This document shows positions 9,663 to 19,140 of a DNA stretch of 64,000 bases, piece after piece. Source of the DNA: an uncultured Mycoplasmatota bacterium. Its GTDB lineage: Bacteria; Bacillota_I; Bacilli_A; RF39; UBA660. Below the pieces are notes generated by a model. That model ran no database searches, had not been told where the DNA came from, and saw only the letters and a list, made by a program, of their open reading frames with translations. Made by a program: the position numbers and the translations under genes. The stretch is from the NCBI GenBank assembly GCA_900553835.1, contig USFF01000003.1:4183-68182 (forward strand), given 5' to 3'. How positions within the stretch are numbered: position 1 is the first letter of the stretch; each line of letters opens with the position of its first letter.

Positions 9663-9881
9663 ATGAATAGGTTGAAAGATTTAAGAGAAGATAAAGATTT
9701 AACACAGAAAGATATTGCTGAACTTTTTAAAATTGATCAAAGCAATTACAGTAAGTATGAACTTGAGAAGATAGGAATCCCTTTAGAACTATTAAAAAAG
9801 TCAGCTTTTTATTATAATACTAGTACAGATTATATTTTAGGAATTACTAATACTATAGAGCCTTATCCTAGAATAAAATAA
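9663..9881 (+). CDS. XRE-family helix-turn-helix transcriptional regulator (72 aa)
   Basis: HTH core LTQKDIAELFKIDQSNYSKYE. Start reset to the ATG at 9663. Confidence 0.7.
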   Translation: MNRLKDLREDKDLTQKDIAELFKIDQSNYSKYELEKIGIPLELLKKSAFYYNTSTDYILGITNTIEPYPRIK

Positions 9882-9888
9882 GAAATGG

Positions 9889-10806
9889 TTATTTATCTTT
9901 AACCATTTCTTTAATTTTTCTAAATCTGTGATTAATTCCACTTTTTGTTATTTTATTATTTGTTTCAATAGACATTATTTCTGCAAGTTCTTGCATAGAA
10001 CTTTCTGGATATTTTTCTTTATATAGGCATATTTCTTTTATTTTATCATCTAATAGATCGAAGTCTTCTCTTTCTTTTAGTTTTTTTATGTTTTCTAATT
10101 GTTCATTCGAAGAAAAAACTATTTTATCTATATTGGCTTGTTCACAATTGTTTAGTCTATTAGTCATATTTTTATGATCTCTATATATTCTTATATCTTC
10201 ATAATAAAATAAATTATTATAAGCATTAAGTAGTTTTATAAAGTCACTTATTTTTTCACTTTCTTTTATGTAAACCATGAAATGTTTTTCTCTTTTTAGT
10301 ATTTTACTACTGAAGTTAAGCTCATTTAATAAGTCATTTATGTACTCAGCTATTATTTTATTGTCTATTATAAATTCAAGATGATATCTACTTGTTTTTG
10401 GGTCGTTAACGCTTCCACATATTAGGAAAGCACCCCTTAAATAAGATTTTTTTTCTTCAACATTTTCACATAAGAATTTATCAGGTTTATATTTTCTTCT
10501 ACCTTTTTCATCTATTATGTTTAGTGCTTTTAGTATTTTTTCTGCATCTTTTACTTTTATGTGAAGAAGATAGTTTTTATTAAGTCTATTTATTTCTTCT
10601 TTTTCTATGTTTACTTCTACTCCAAATAAATCTTTTATTAATTTGTATATTCTTCTGGATACTCCTATGTTTTCTGTATATATAGAAAATTCATTTTTAG
10701 TTATTTCACCACTTATATTTACTATTGCTGATAATTCTGATATGAGTTCTGTTTCAGAGTATTCTAGGTTAAGAATTTCATTTTTTATATTACTTGTATA
10801 TGACAT
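9889..10806 (-). CDS. whiA: Sporulation / cell-division regulator WhiA
   Basis: Start reset to MSYTSNIKNEILNL. WhiA-type LAGLIDADG-like N-terminus and C-terminal HTH (KITKSGINHRFRKI). Confidence 0.85.
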   Translation of the reverse strand: MSYTSNIKNEILNLEYSETELISELSAIVNISGEITKNEFSIYTENIGVSRRIYKLIKDLFGVEVNIEKEEINRLNKNYLLHIKVKDAEKILKALNIIDEKGRRKYKPDKFLCENVEEKKSYLRGAFLICGSVNDPKTSRYHLEFIIDNKIIAEYINDLLNELNFSSKILKREKHFMVYIKESEKISDFIKLLNAYNNLFYYEDIRIYRDHKNMTNRLNNCEQANIDKIVFSSNEQLENIKKLKEREDFDLLDDKIKEICLYKEKYPESSMQELAEIMSIETNNKITKSGINHRFRKIKEMVKDK

Positions 10807-10807
10807 T

Positions 10808-12019
10808 TTACCACGTTCTTCCTGAAAATCTGTATGGGAAATATACATAGTTTTCTGGATTTACTATATAATTTCTGTATCCTGATAAACTTATATGTCC
10901 TTTAGCTATTGTGAAATGAAGATGGGTATTAGTAGAACAACCATCATATGAACCAGGATTTCCAAATTTTGTTGCTGTTGTAGGTCCTCCGCCCATATAA
11001 GCTATAATATCATACTTTGATACTACATCTCCTACATCATAATCCCCAAAACTTAATAGATGCATATATATCGTTGTATAGGGTTGTCCTTTTATATTAT
11101 GATGAAGAACTAACATTTGTCCTCCACAGTTGACTTTATATTTCTTATAAACTACACCATCAGCTGCTGCATATATTGGTGCACCTTCTTTGGATCCTAC
11201 CACCGCTATATCTGTTCCAGTATGTCCCTCTATTTTTCCTGTTATTGGGCTTTTCCTTATTCCATATCTACTTGATATCATGTCTCCAGGTACTGGTCTT
11301 ATAAAACCTGTGTCATACGGGATGTTTGTAGTTTTACCACATATAGCTAGTATGTCACTTCTTTTTTTACAACCTCTGTTTTTATATTTTGTTACTTCTT
11401 CTTCTAAGTCTTTTATTTCTCCGTCTAGGTCTAGTCCTAAATTGTATAATTTATTTATCTCTGTTCCCAAACTATTTAATTGGCTTTTTAATGTCTTTCT
11501 TTCGTTCTCTTCTTCGTCTTTTTGTTTTTGTAATTCTTCTTGTAGTAAGTTGTTTTGCTTGATTAAATCATTCATTTCATTTATAAGTTCTTTGTTGTAT
11601 CTACTTAATTCATCTACAACAGATACTCTGTGAATGAAGTCCGTAAATGATTTTGCTTTAAATATATATTCTAGATATGATTTTTCTCCATTTGATACTT
11701 GAAAAAATACTAAAATACTTTTTGTTTCTGACTTTTTATTATTTATTTGAACATTTAAATCCTCTATTTTTTTTAGTGTTTCTTGTATTTCTAAATCTAA
11801 CTCATTTATTTTGTTGTCTGTTTCTTGGATGTTTGTGGATACATTATTGTATTCTTTTTCTGTAAGTGCTTTTTTATTTGCTTTGTCTTGTTTTTCTTTT
11901 TTTAGAGCAGCTAATTCATCTAGTAAATCTCCATATGTTCTTCTGGCAGCTTCTAATGAACTAGGGTATATTATTATGAAAGACATCAATAATATAATTA
12001 GTATTTTCGTTTTTTTCAT
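10808..12019 (-). CDS. Secreted coiled-coil plus M23 (LytM) peptidase, EnvC-like putative FtsEX partner
   Basis: Signal peptide, long coiled-coil region, C-terminal M23 domain (HTGTDIA ... THLHFTI). It begins with an ATGA overlap on the ftsX stop. Confidence 0.75.
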   Translation of the reverse strand: MKKTKILIILLMSFIIIYPSSLEAARRTYGDLLDELAALKKEKQDKANKKALTEKEYNNVSTNIQETDNKINELDLEIQETLKKIEDLNVQINNKKSETKSILVFFQVSNGEKSYLEYIFKAKSFTDFIHRVSVVDELSRYNKELINEMNDLIKQNNLLQEELQKQKDEEENERKTLKSQLNSLGTEINKLYNLGLDLDGEIKDLEEEVTKYKNRGCKKRSDILAICGKTTNIPYDTGFIRPVPGDMISSRYGIRKSPITGKIEGHTGTDIAVVGSKEGAPIYAAADGVVYKKYKVNCGGQMLVLHHNIKGQPYTTIYMHLLSFGDYDVGDVVSKYDIIAYMGGGPTTATKFGNPGSYDGCSTNTHLHFTIAKGHISLSGYRNYIVNPENYVYFPYRFSGRTW

Positions 12020-12918
12020 TATATTTTTAGATGCCTCCTTACTGCTCTTGCTGATCCAATTGCACCTACTACTATACCTATTGAAGATGTTATTAGTATT
12101 AGAGATAGTAATATTTTATCAGGATTTATTAGAGTTATTACTTCTGTAAATAGTATACCATTCATTTTATTATATAGGTATATGTAACCATATGATACAC
12201 CTATGACTGGTAAGATACTTCCTAATATACCTAGTATTATACCTTCAAAAAAGAATGGTAATTTTATGTATGTATTTGATGCACCTACTAATCTCATTAT
12301 CTCTATTTGTCTTTTTCTACTATTTATTGATATTTTAATAGTATTGCTTATTAGAAAGGCTGTAACTATTACTAAAGCTACAACTACAATAATCATAATT
12401 TTCTTTACTATGTCAAATATTTTAACTAATTCTTCTACCATTCCTTCTCCATATTTAACCTGGTAAACATTAGTCATATTTTCTATTTCTTTTGCTGTTA
12501 TGCTTATTTTTTCTGCATCTTTTACTTTTACTAGATATTCATCTAATAATGGGTTAGTTTCTTCATTATATTCATCAAGTATTTTTCCTATTTCTTCTGC
12601 ATCCTTGCTCATTTCTTTTTTTATTTCTTCTTTGGACATAAATGTTATAGTGTCTATATTAGTTAGCAATTCTATTTTTGTTTTTAAAGCAGATTTGTCT
12701 TCTTCTGTACTATCTTTAGTTAAATAAACTACTATTGTTACATCTTTTTCTATATCATTTGTGAAGTTATTAACATTTTCTTTTAATAAAATAGCAACTG
12801 CTACTAGCACGAGTGTAATTGATATACATGATATGCTTGCTATGCTAAGGGATAGGTTTCTAAATACACTTTTGAAAGCATCTTTTATGTTGTTTTTGAT
12901 TATTCTTAATTTATTCAT
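12019..12918 (-). CDS. ftsX: Cell-division ABC transporter permease FtsX
   Basis: Four-TM FtsX topology with a large extracellular loop. Immediately downstream of ftsE. Confidence 0.85.
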   Translation of the reverse strand: MNKLRIIKNNIKDAFKSVFRNLSLSIASISCISITLVLVAVAILLKENVNNFTNDIEKDVTIVVYLTKDSTEEDKSALKTKIELLTNIDTITFMSKEEIKKEMSKDAEEIGKILDEYNEETNPLLDEYLVKVKDAEKISITAKEIENMTNVYQVKYGEGMVEELVKIFDIVKKIMIIVVVALVIVTAFLISNTIKISINSRKRQIEIMRLVGASNTYIKLPFFFEGIILGILGSILPVIGVSYGYIYLYNKMNGILFTEVITLINPDKILLSLILITSSIGIVVGAIGSARAVRRHLKI

Positions 12919-13601
12919 TCTATGTAACCACCTTTCTCTTTGTCACCTGTTACTATGCCTTTTGAGATTTTGATTACTCTTTTTTTGTATGCATTAACTA
13001 TGTCTTTGTCATGCGTTGCCATTATTACAGTTGTTCCATCTTCATTAATTTTATTAATTATATCCATTATTCCCATTGATGTTGCTGGGTCTAGATTACC
13101 TGTTGGTTCATCGCATATTAGTATTTTTGGACTATTTACTATTGCTCTTGCTATTGATACTCTTTGTTGTTCCCCACCAGATAAATCATCAGGATAACTT
13201 CTAAATTTTTCTTTTAGCCCAACTTTTTCTATTGCATTCATAACTTTTTTTCTTACTAATTTTTCAGGTAGTCCGTATATTTCTAATGCAAATGCTACGT
13301 TTTCGTATACAGTTAAATTTGGAAGTAATTTATAGTCCTGGAATACTATGCCTAGTTTTCTTCTTAATTTGTATACTTTTCTGTTTTTTAATTTTGCTAC
13401 GTTTATTCCACCTACATATACTTCTCCTCTTGATGGTTTTTCTTGTCTATATAGTAGTTTTATTAAAGTACTTTTTCCTGATGCAGTTGAACCTATTATA
13501 AAGACAAAAGAACCTTTAGGTACTGAAATGCTTACATCAGATAGTGCTGTTACACCATTTTTGTATTGTTTATATACATTTTTTACTTCTATTAAATTCA
13601 T
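12915..13601 (-). CDS. ftsE: Cell-division ABC transporter ATP-binding protein FtsE
   Basis: Walker A GSTASGKST, ABC signature LSGGEQQRVSIARA, Walker B ILICDEPTGNLD. Confidence 0.9.
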   Translation of the reverse strand: MNLIEVKNVYKQYKNGVTALSDVSISVPKGSFVFIIGSTASGKSTLIKLLYRQEKPSRGEVYVGGINVAKLKNRKVYKLRRKLGIVFQDYKLLPNLTVYENVAFALEIYGLPEKLVRKKVMNAIEKVGLKEKFRSYPDDLSGGEQQRVSIARAIVNSPKILICDEPTGNLDPATSMGIMDIINKINEDGTTVIMATHDKDIVNAYKKRVIKISKGIVTGDKEKGGYIE

Positions 13602-13627
13602 TTTTACCTCCTACTTAAATTATACTT

Positions 13628-14506
13628 CTATAGTCTTAGATCGTGAAGTGGCAATTTATACCTGTTTGTCCCTCCATATACTTCGTATGAGTCTAACACT
13701 GTTATAAATGCTTTTTTGTCAATTTTTATTATTTCTTCTTTGAGTTTTAAGTATCTTTCAGTTGGTACTACACACATAAGGAGGCTCGTTTTTTCATTTT
13801 TATAGCCACTTTTTACATCTACTACACTAACTCCACTTTTAACTTTGTTAATTATGTATTCTTTAACTTCTTCTTCACATTTTGTATTTATAAATAATAC
13901 TTTAGAGTCACTTATTCCTATTAGGAAATTATCTATTAATCTACTTTCAATGAATTTTATTAGTAAAGCTATTACCAACATTCTTATTCCAAATACAAAG
14001 GTTGCTAGTGTTAAAATTATTGCATTTATTATTAGAAGTGACTTTCCCATCGGAATTTTAAATTTTTCTTTAAATATTAGTGCTAGGATATCAGAACCAC
14101 CAGATGAGTATCCGGCTAAGTATATCATAGTGCTACTTACTCCAAAAAGTATACCAATTACTACAACATCTAGGAATACTGAATTTAAGTTAATATTTAA
14201 GCTGGAGTTTATTCCTTCTGTTATATATATTGCTAGTGTATAGACAATTGTTCCTAAAATTGATGGGGCTGTTTCTTTTAAGCCTAGTACAAATATTCCT
14301 ACTACTAGTAGTAATAAGTTTCCTATTAGTAATACTTTTGATACTGGTATGTTAAATAAGTAATCAAATATTACACCAATACCTGTTACTCCTCCAGTTA
14401 CATAGCTTTGTGGAGCACATAAAATATTAAATGTTATTGCTGATAAGAAACATCCTAGTATTAATAAAATTAGATTTATTATATTTTTTTTATTTATTTT
14501 TCCCAT
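13628..14506 (-). CDS. YitT-family membrane protein (DUF161/DUF2179)
   Basis: Multi-TM N-terminal part plus the soluble C-terminal domain typical of YitT proteins. Confidence 0.65.
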   Translation of the reverse strand: MGKINKKNIINLILLILGCFLSAITFNILCAPQSYVTGGVTGIGVIFDYLFNIPVSKVLLIGNLLLLVVGIFVLGLKETAPSILGTIVYTLAIYITEGINSSLNINLNSVFLDVVVIGILFGVSSTMIYLAGYSSGGSDILALIFKEKFKIPMGKSLLIINAIILTLATFVFGIRMLVIALLIKFIESRLIDNFLIGISDSKVLFINTKCEEEVKEYIINKVKSGVSVVDVKSGYKNEKTSLLMCVVPTERYLKLKEEIIKIDKKAFITVLDSYEVYGGTNRYKLPLHDLRL

Positions 14507-14617
14507 TATTTTATTCCTTTACAGTAATAATTATAACATATTTATGAAGCTTTTTCTATACTAGTAAGTGTTATTTTACAGAAAGGGAATAGAAAATAGA
14601 AGAGCTTTTAGGCACTT

Positions 14618-15055
14618 CTATTTGTGATATGTTTCTCCATTTTCTATTTTAAAAGTTCTATAAAGTTGTTCTAAAAGAAGTAATCTAAATAATCCATGAG
14701 GAAATGTTAGTTTTGAAAAAGATAATAATTCATTAGATATATCTTTTATTTCTTTATGTATTCCATCACTTCCACCAATTATAAATGTGATATTTGATTT
14801 TCCATTTGTAAGTAATTTTTCTATTTTAGAATGTAATTCTAAAGATGAAAACTCTTTTCCTTCAATTGCCATGCTGATTGTGTAGTCATTTTTATTTATT
14901 ACTTTTAGAATTTCTTCTTTTTCTTTTGTAATACCACTATCTTTTAGCTCTATGATTTCTACTTTATGATATTTTGTTAGTCTTTTTAAGTAATCATTTG
15001 TTGCATCAATTAGATATTTTTCTTTTATTTTTCCTACACATATTATTTTTATCAT
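14618..15055 (-). CDS. rlmH: 23S rRNA (pseudouridine1915-N3)-methyltransferase RlmH
   Basis: 145-aa SPOUT-fold protein, MKIICVGKIKEKY ... GGSDG ... LPHGL. Confidence 0.8.
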   Translation of the reverse strand: MIKIICVGKIKEKYLIDATNDYLKRLTKYHKVEIIELKDSGITKEKEEILKVINKNDYTISMAIEGKEFSSLELHSKIEKLLTNGKSNITFIIGGSDGIHKEIKDISNELLSFSKLTFPHGLFRLLLLEQLYRTFKIENGETYHK

Positions 15056-15804
15056 ATTATCAATACCTTTTCTTCACTAGCACAAACTATGTCATTAAAA
15101 TCTATTTCATTTTCTTCTAATATTCTTTTGTTTGTGCTGAGCGCTAATTCTTCTGTGTTATTTGTTTCTGATAAATGAGCTAATACTACTTTTTTGGTAT
15201 CTTTTCCAATTAGTCTACTTAGATATCCTGCACATAATTCATTTGATAAGTGTCCCTTATCTGAAAGTATTCTTCTTTGTAAGTATTCAGGATAAGGCCC
15301 TTTTATTAGTTTTTCTGTATCGTGATTACTTTCTATTATATAGTAATTTTTGTTTTTTAAATACGTTATATGCCTTAAATTTATATAACCTGTATCTGTT
15401 ATATATACCAAACTTTCTTCTTTGTTTTCTATTAGGTAACCATTAGATGTTATTGCATCATGACTTGTTGGTATTGTCTTGAAAAGTGAACCATAATAAT
15501 AGTTTTCATCTGTTAAGTATATGCTTTTTTCATAGGATGAACCAAGTACTGCTTTTTCTACTTCTGGAGTTATGAATAAATCTGGTTTTACTTCTTTTAA
15601 GAATACTTTTAAACCATATGTATGGTCACTATGGTCATGTGTTATTAATACTGCATCGATTTCTTTAGGATCTACATTTATTGTTTTTAATTTTTCTTTG
15701 ATTTGTTTATAGGAAAACCCTACATCTATTAAGATCTTTTTGTTTCCTAAATCTATATATGTAGAGTTTCCTTTTGAACCACTTCCTAGTACTGCTGTTT
15801 TCAT
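15052..15804 (-). CDS. MBL-fold metallo-hydrolase (WalJ/YycJ-like)
   Basis: HxHxDH motif (THDHSDHTYG); same position as B. subtilis yycJ near rlmH. Confidence 0.7.
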   Translation of the reverse strand: MKTAVLGSGSKGNSTYIDLGNKKILIDVGFSYKQIKEKLKTINVDPKEIDAVLITHDHSDHTYGLKVFLKEVKPDLFITPEVEKAVLGSSYEKSIYLTDENYYYGSLFKTIPTSHDAITSNGYLIENKEESLVYITDTGYINLRHITYLKNKNYYIIESNHDTEKLIKGPYPEYLQRRILSDKGHLSNELCAGYLSRLIGKDTKKVVLAHLSETNNTEELALSTNKRILEENEIDFNDIVCASEEKVLII

Positions 15805-17300
15805 TATCTGTAATTTAATAGTAGTGGGTCAATGTATTCATCATTATATTTTACTCTGAAGTCTACGTGTGTTCCTGTACTTTTACCAGTTGAACCCATA
15901 TATCCTATTTGCTCTCCTTTTTCTACTGCATATCCTACTTTTATGTTTGATGCAAATTTTGTCATGTGCATGTATATTGTTACATATCCTTTTCCGTGGT
16001 CAATATATATTACATTTCCCATTTCATAGTGGTATGTTGCTCTTATGACTGTTCCTGAGTTTGCTGCGTATATTGGTGAATTAAAACCAGTACCACATAT
16101 GTCTAAACCTCTGTGGAATTCACGTTTTGGAGAACCATCAGGATTTTTGTATACTGGATCCCAACGATATCCAAATGTTGAAACTATCATGTATCCTGGG
16201 TTTGTTGGCCAAGCCCATGCACCTGTATCTCCTAAATAGTTACTAGATAAACCACCTTTTATTACTACTTCGTTTACTACTGGTGTTATTACTTCTGATG
16301 ACATTTGTACAACTTGTGTTATTTGTCCGTTTATTGTTTCTGTATAGTATTTTACTCTGCTTAAACCATCTTGTCCTTTTTGTTCTGTGTAAGTTGTACC
16401 TACCATTAGTTTTTTATCATATTTTATTTCTCTTTTATAGTCTACATTTTTATCTTCAATAAGTGTGTTTTCTACTACTACACTTATTTTAGGATTGATT
16501 AGACCTATATTTACTGTTTGACCAGCAAATAAAAGAGCATTTTCTCCTGTTATTGATGGGTTAACTATTAAGAATTCTTTTGTACTTAGCTGGTATTTGT
16601 CCGCTATGTCTGATATTGTTTCTCCACCAGTAACTATATGAGTACCTTGAGACTCAGTTGTTCCAAATAGTAAATATTTACTTAGTGTGTTTACATCTGT
16701 AAATATTTCATCTTTTGCATTGAGATATTTTTCTTTTATGCTAATGTCTTCACCTATTTTTACATTTTCTATAGTTGAACCTGTGGTTTTTATTTCTTCT
16801 TGTTTACCATTTAAGTATGCTTCGTATTGTTTTTCATCTACAAATGCTTTTATTGTATTATCTACTGCTTCATCAAAATTTTCTTTTTTTAGTACGTTTA
16901 GTTTTATATTATTTTTTTCATCATAGTTAATAGTTATTTCATAGCCTTTTACTGTGAACTCTGCTTTGTCTTTTAGTTTTTCATATACACTTGATGCTTT
17001 TTCTACTTCTCCCCTGTATGTTAAGAGTTTAGTGGTTTCTAGGCCTATCGGTGCATATATTTTGTTTACTCCAAATTTCTTTTTTAAAGCTTCTTGTTCT
17101 TTGTCTATTAAACTATAAAGCTCTTTTTCATCCTCGATTATTCCAAGAGAATTTCCATCTAGGTATACTTCATAAACAGTCATTGGCTCATTTTCAAGAC
17201 TTTTACGACCTGTTCCTAGAATAAATATTAGACTACTTAGTAATACTACTAATACTACAGCCCAATATATACTTTTGTTATTCATTGTTATTTTCCTCAC
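15804..17300 (-). CDS. LysM-domain plus M23 peptidase, membrane-anchored
   Basis: N-terminal TM segment, LysM (GETISDIADKYQLSTKEFLIVNP), C-terminal M23 (HRGLDI ... THVDFRV). Confidence 0.7.
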   Translation of the reverse strand: MRKITMNNKSIYWAVVLVVLLSSLIFILGTGRKSLENEPMTVYEVYLDGNSLGIIEDEKELYSLIDKEQEALKKKFGVNKIYAPIGLETTKLLTYRGEVEKASSVYEKLKDKAEFTVKGYEITINYDEKNNIKLNVLKKENFDEAVDNTIKAFVDEKQYEAYLNGKQEEIKTTGSTIENVKIGEDISIKEKYLNAKDEIFTDVNTLSKYLLFGTTESQGTHIVTGGETISDIADKYQLSTKEFLIVNPSITGENALLFAGQTVNIGLINPKISVVVENTLIEDKNVDYKREIKYDKKLMVGTTYTEQKGQDGLSRVKYYTETINGQITQVVQMSSEVITPVVNEVVIKGGLSSNYLGDTGAWAWPTNPGYMIVSTFGYRWDPVYKNPDGSPKREFHRGLDICGTGFNSPIYAANSGTVIRATYHYEMGNVIYIDHGKGYVTIYMHMTKFASNIKVGYAVEKGEQIGYMGSTGKSTGTHVDFRVKYNDEYIDPLLLNYR

Positions 17301-18633
17301 TTCTTAAGACATTTTTGAAATTAGTATAACTTCTTTCAAACATTAAATCTATTACTCCAGTACTTCCACTTCTGTGTTTTGCTATTATTAATTCAGTTGG
17401 TGAAAGTGTTGGTCTATCTTTTGATTTGAATTTATAGTAATCTTCGCAATATAAAAACATTACGATATCTGCATCTTGTTCGATTGAACCTGATTCTTTT
17501 AAATCGCTCATTAAAGGACGCTTGTCTTCTCTTTGCTCAACTCCACGAGATAATTGTGCCAAAGCTATAACTGGAACTTCTAATTCCATTGCTAGTTTTT
17601 TTAAGTCTCTTGATACTTCACTTACTTCGTTCGTTCTTTGTCCTGAATATTTACTTGAACTAGAAACAAGTTGTAAGTAGTCTATGATTATACAGTCTAA
17701 GCCTTTATCACTATTTTTAAGTCTTCTACATTTTCTTCTCATTTCAGAAACAGTTATTCCTGGAGTGTCATCTATATAGAATTTTGTGTCTGCAAGTAAA
17801 CTTAGTGTTTCATTATATTTTTTCCAATCTTCATGCTGCATTTTACCTGTTTTTAGTTTAAGAGAGTCAATTTGTCCAACTGAAGAAAACATTCTGTTTA
17901 CTATTTGAGTTGCTCCCATTTCTAGGTTAAATAATGCTACTGATTTTTTGTGATTTATAGTCATGTTTGTAGCCATGTTGATTGCAAGAGCTGATTTACC
18001 CATACCAGGACGACCTGCAATTATTATTAGTTCATTTGGATGTAAGCCGGTTGTTCTTCTGTCTAAGTCGATAAAGCCAGTTGGTACTCCTGTTACATCT
18101 CCACCGTTTTTAGCAAGAAATTCTAATTCTTGCTGTGCTTTATTTAATATTTCTTGAATTGATTTTATTTCTTTAATGTGTCTTCCTGTGTTTACTTCTA
18201 GGATGCTTTTTTCTGCTGTTTCAACAATTGTGTCTAAATCTTCTTTTTCATCATAGCAGTCTTCAATTATGTTAGTAGATTTATTGATTAAAGTTCTTAA
18301 TATGTATTTTTCAAATATTATGTTAATGTAATAATCTACATTTGCTGGTGTTGCCACTAAATCAAGAATTTCTGTTAGGTATTCACTATCAACAGAGTTT
18401 CCTTCAGTTTTTTCAAGTTCATTAGCTACTGTTGTTAGATCAACAGGCACTTCTTTTTCTCTTAGTTTTTGAAGGCATTCAAATATTTTAGCATTTTTAG
18501 CATCATGGAACATATTACTTGTTAGCTCTTCACATACTTTGTCTAATGCTTCTTTGTTTAGAAATGCACAGCCAATAGCATTCATTTCTGCTTCTTTGTT
18601 TTGAGGTTCAACTCTTGCCAAGTTACTCACCAC
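17278..18633 (-). CDS. dnaB: Replicative DNA helicase (DnaB family; dnaC in B. subtilis nomenclature)
   Basis: Walker A GRPGMGKSA, DnaB motifs, 451 aa, immediately downstream of rplI. Confidence 0.9.
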   Translation of the reverse strand: MVSNLARVEPQNKEAEMNAIGCAFLNKEALDKVCEELTSNMFHDAKNAKIFECLQKLREKEVPVDLTTVANELEKTEGNSVDSEYLTEILDLVATPANVDYYINIIFEKYILRTLINKSTNIIEDCYDEKEDLDTIVETAEKSILEVNTGRHIKEIKSIQEILNKAQQELEFLAKNGGDVTGVPTGFIDLDRRTTGLHPNELIIIAGRPGMGKSALAINMATNMTINHKKSVALFNLEMGATQIVNRMFSSVGQIDSLKLKTGKMQHEDWKKYNETLSLLADTKFYIDDTPGITVSEMRRKCRRLKNSDKGLDCIIIDYLQLVSSSSKYSGQRTNEVSEVSRDLKKLAMELEVPVIALAQLSRGVEQREDKRPLMSDLKESGSIEQDADIVMFLYCEDYYKFKSKDRPTLSPTELIIAKHRSGSTGVIDLMFERSYTNFKNVLRSEENNNE

Positions 18634-19063
18634 CCTTAAGTGTTACTGTTAGGTTTGCAACTACTTCTTTATGTAAATTTATTTTTACTATATGGCTTCC
18701 TAATGTGTTTATGTTTTCTGCTTCTATTTTCTTTTTGTCTACATTATAGCCTTTTTCTTTTAATCTTTCGCTTATCATTTTAGAACTTATGCTTCCAAAT
18801 ACTTTTCCATCTTTTCCAGATTTTACATTAAATATAAGGTCTTCTTTTTCTAATTTAGTTTTCATTTCTTTGCATGCTGAAACTAGAGAGTTGTATTCTA
18901 GTTCTCTCTCTTTTAATTCGTTATTTAAAACTTCTTTACTTTTGTTTGAATATAGAACAGCTTTTTTATTTTTTATTAAGAATGAACCAAATCCATCTTT
19001 TACTTCTTTGATTTCATCTTTTTTACCTGTTCCTTTTACATTTTCAATTAGAATTATTTTCAT
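18623..19063 (-). CDS. rplI: 50S ribosomal protein L9
   Basis: MKIILIENVKGTGKKDEIKEVKDGFG N-terminus, 146 aa. Confidence 0.9.
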   Translation of the reverse strand: MKIILIENVKGTGKKDEIKEVKDGFGSFLIKNKKAVLYSNKSKEVLNNELKERELEYNSLVSACKEMKTKLEKEDLIFNVKSGKDGKVFGSISSKMISERLKEKGYNVDKKKIEAENINTLGSHIVKINLHKEVVANLTVTLKGGE

Positions 19064-19140
19064 AAGTCCTCCGTTTGATAATTATATCAAATATCTTATT
19101 AAAATGCAAAAGTGCAAGATTTTGTACTACTTGCACATTG

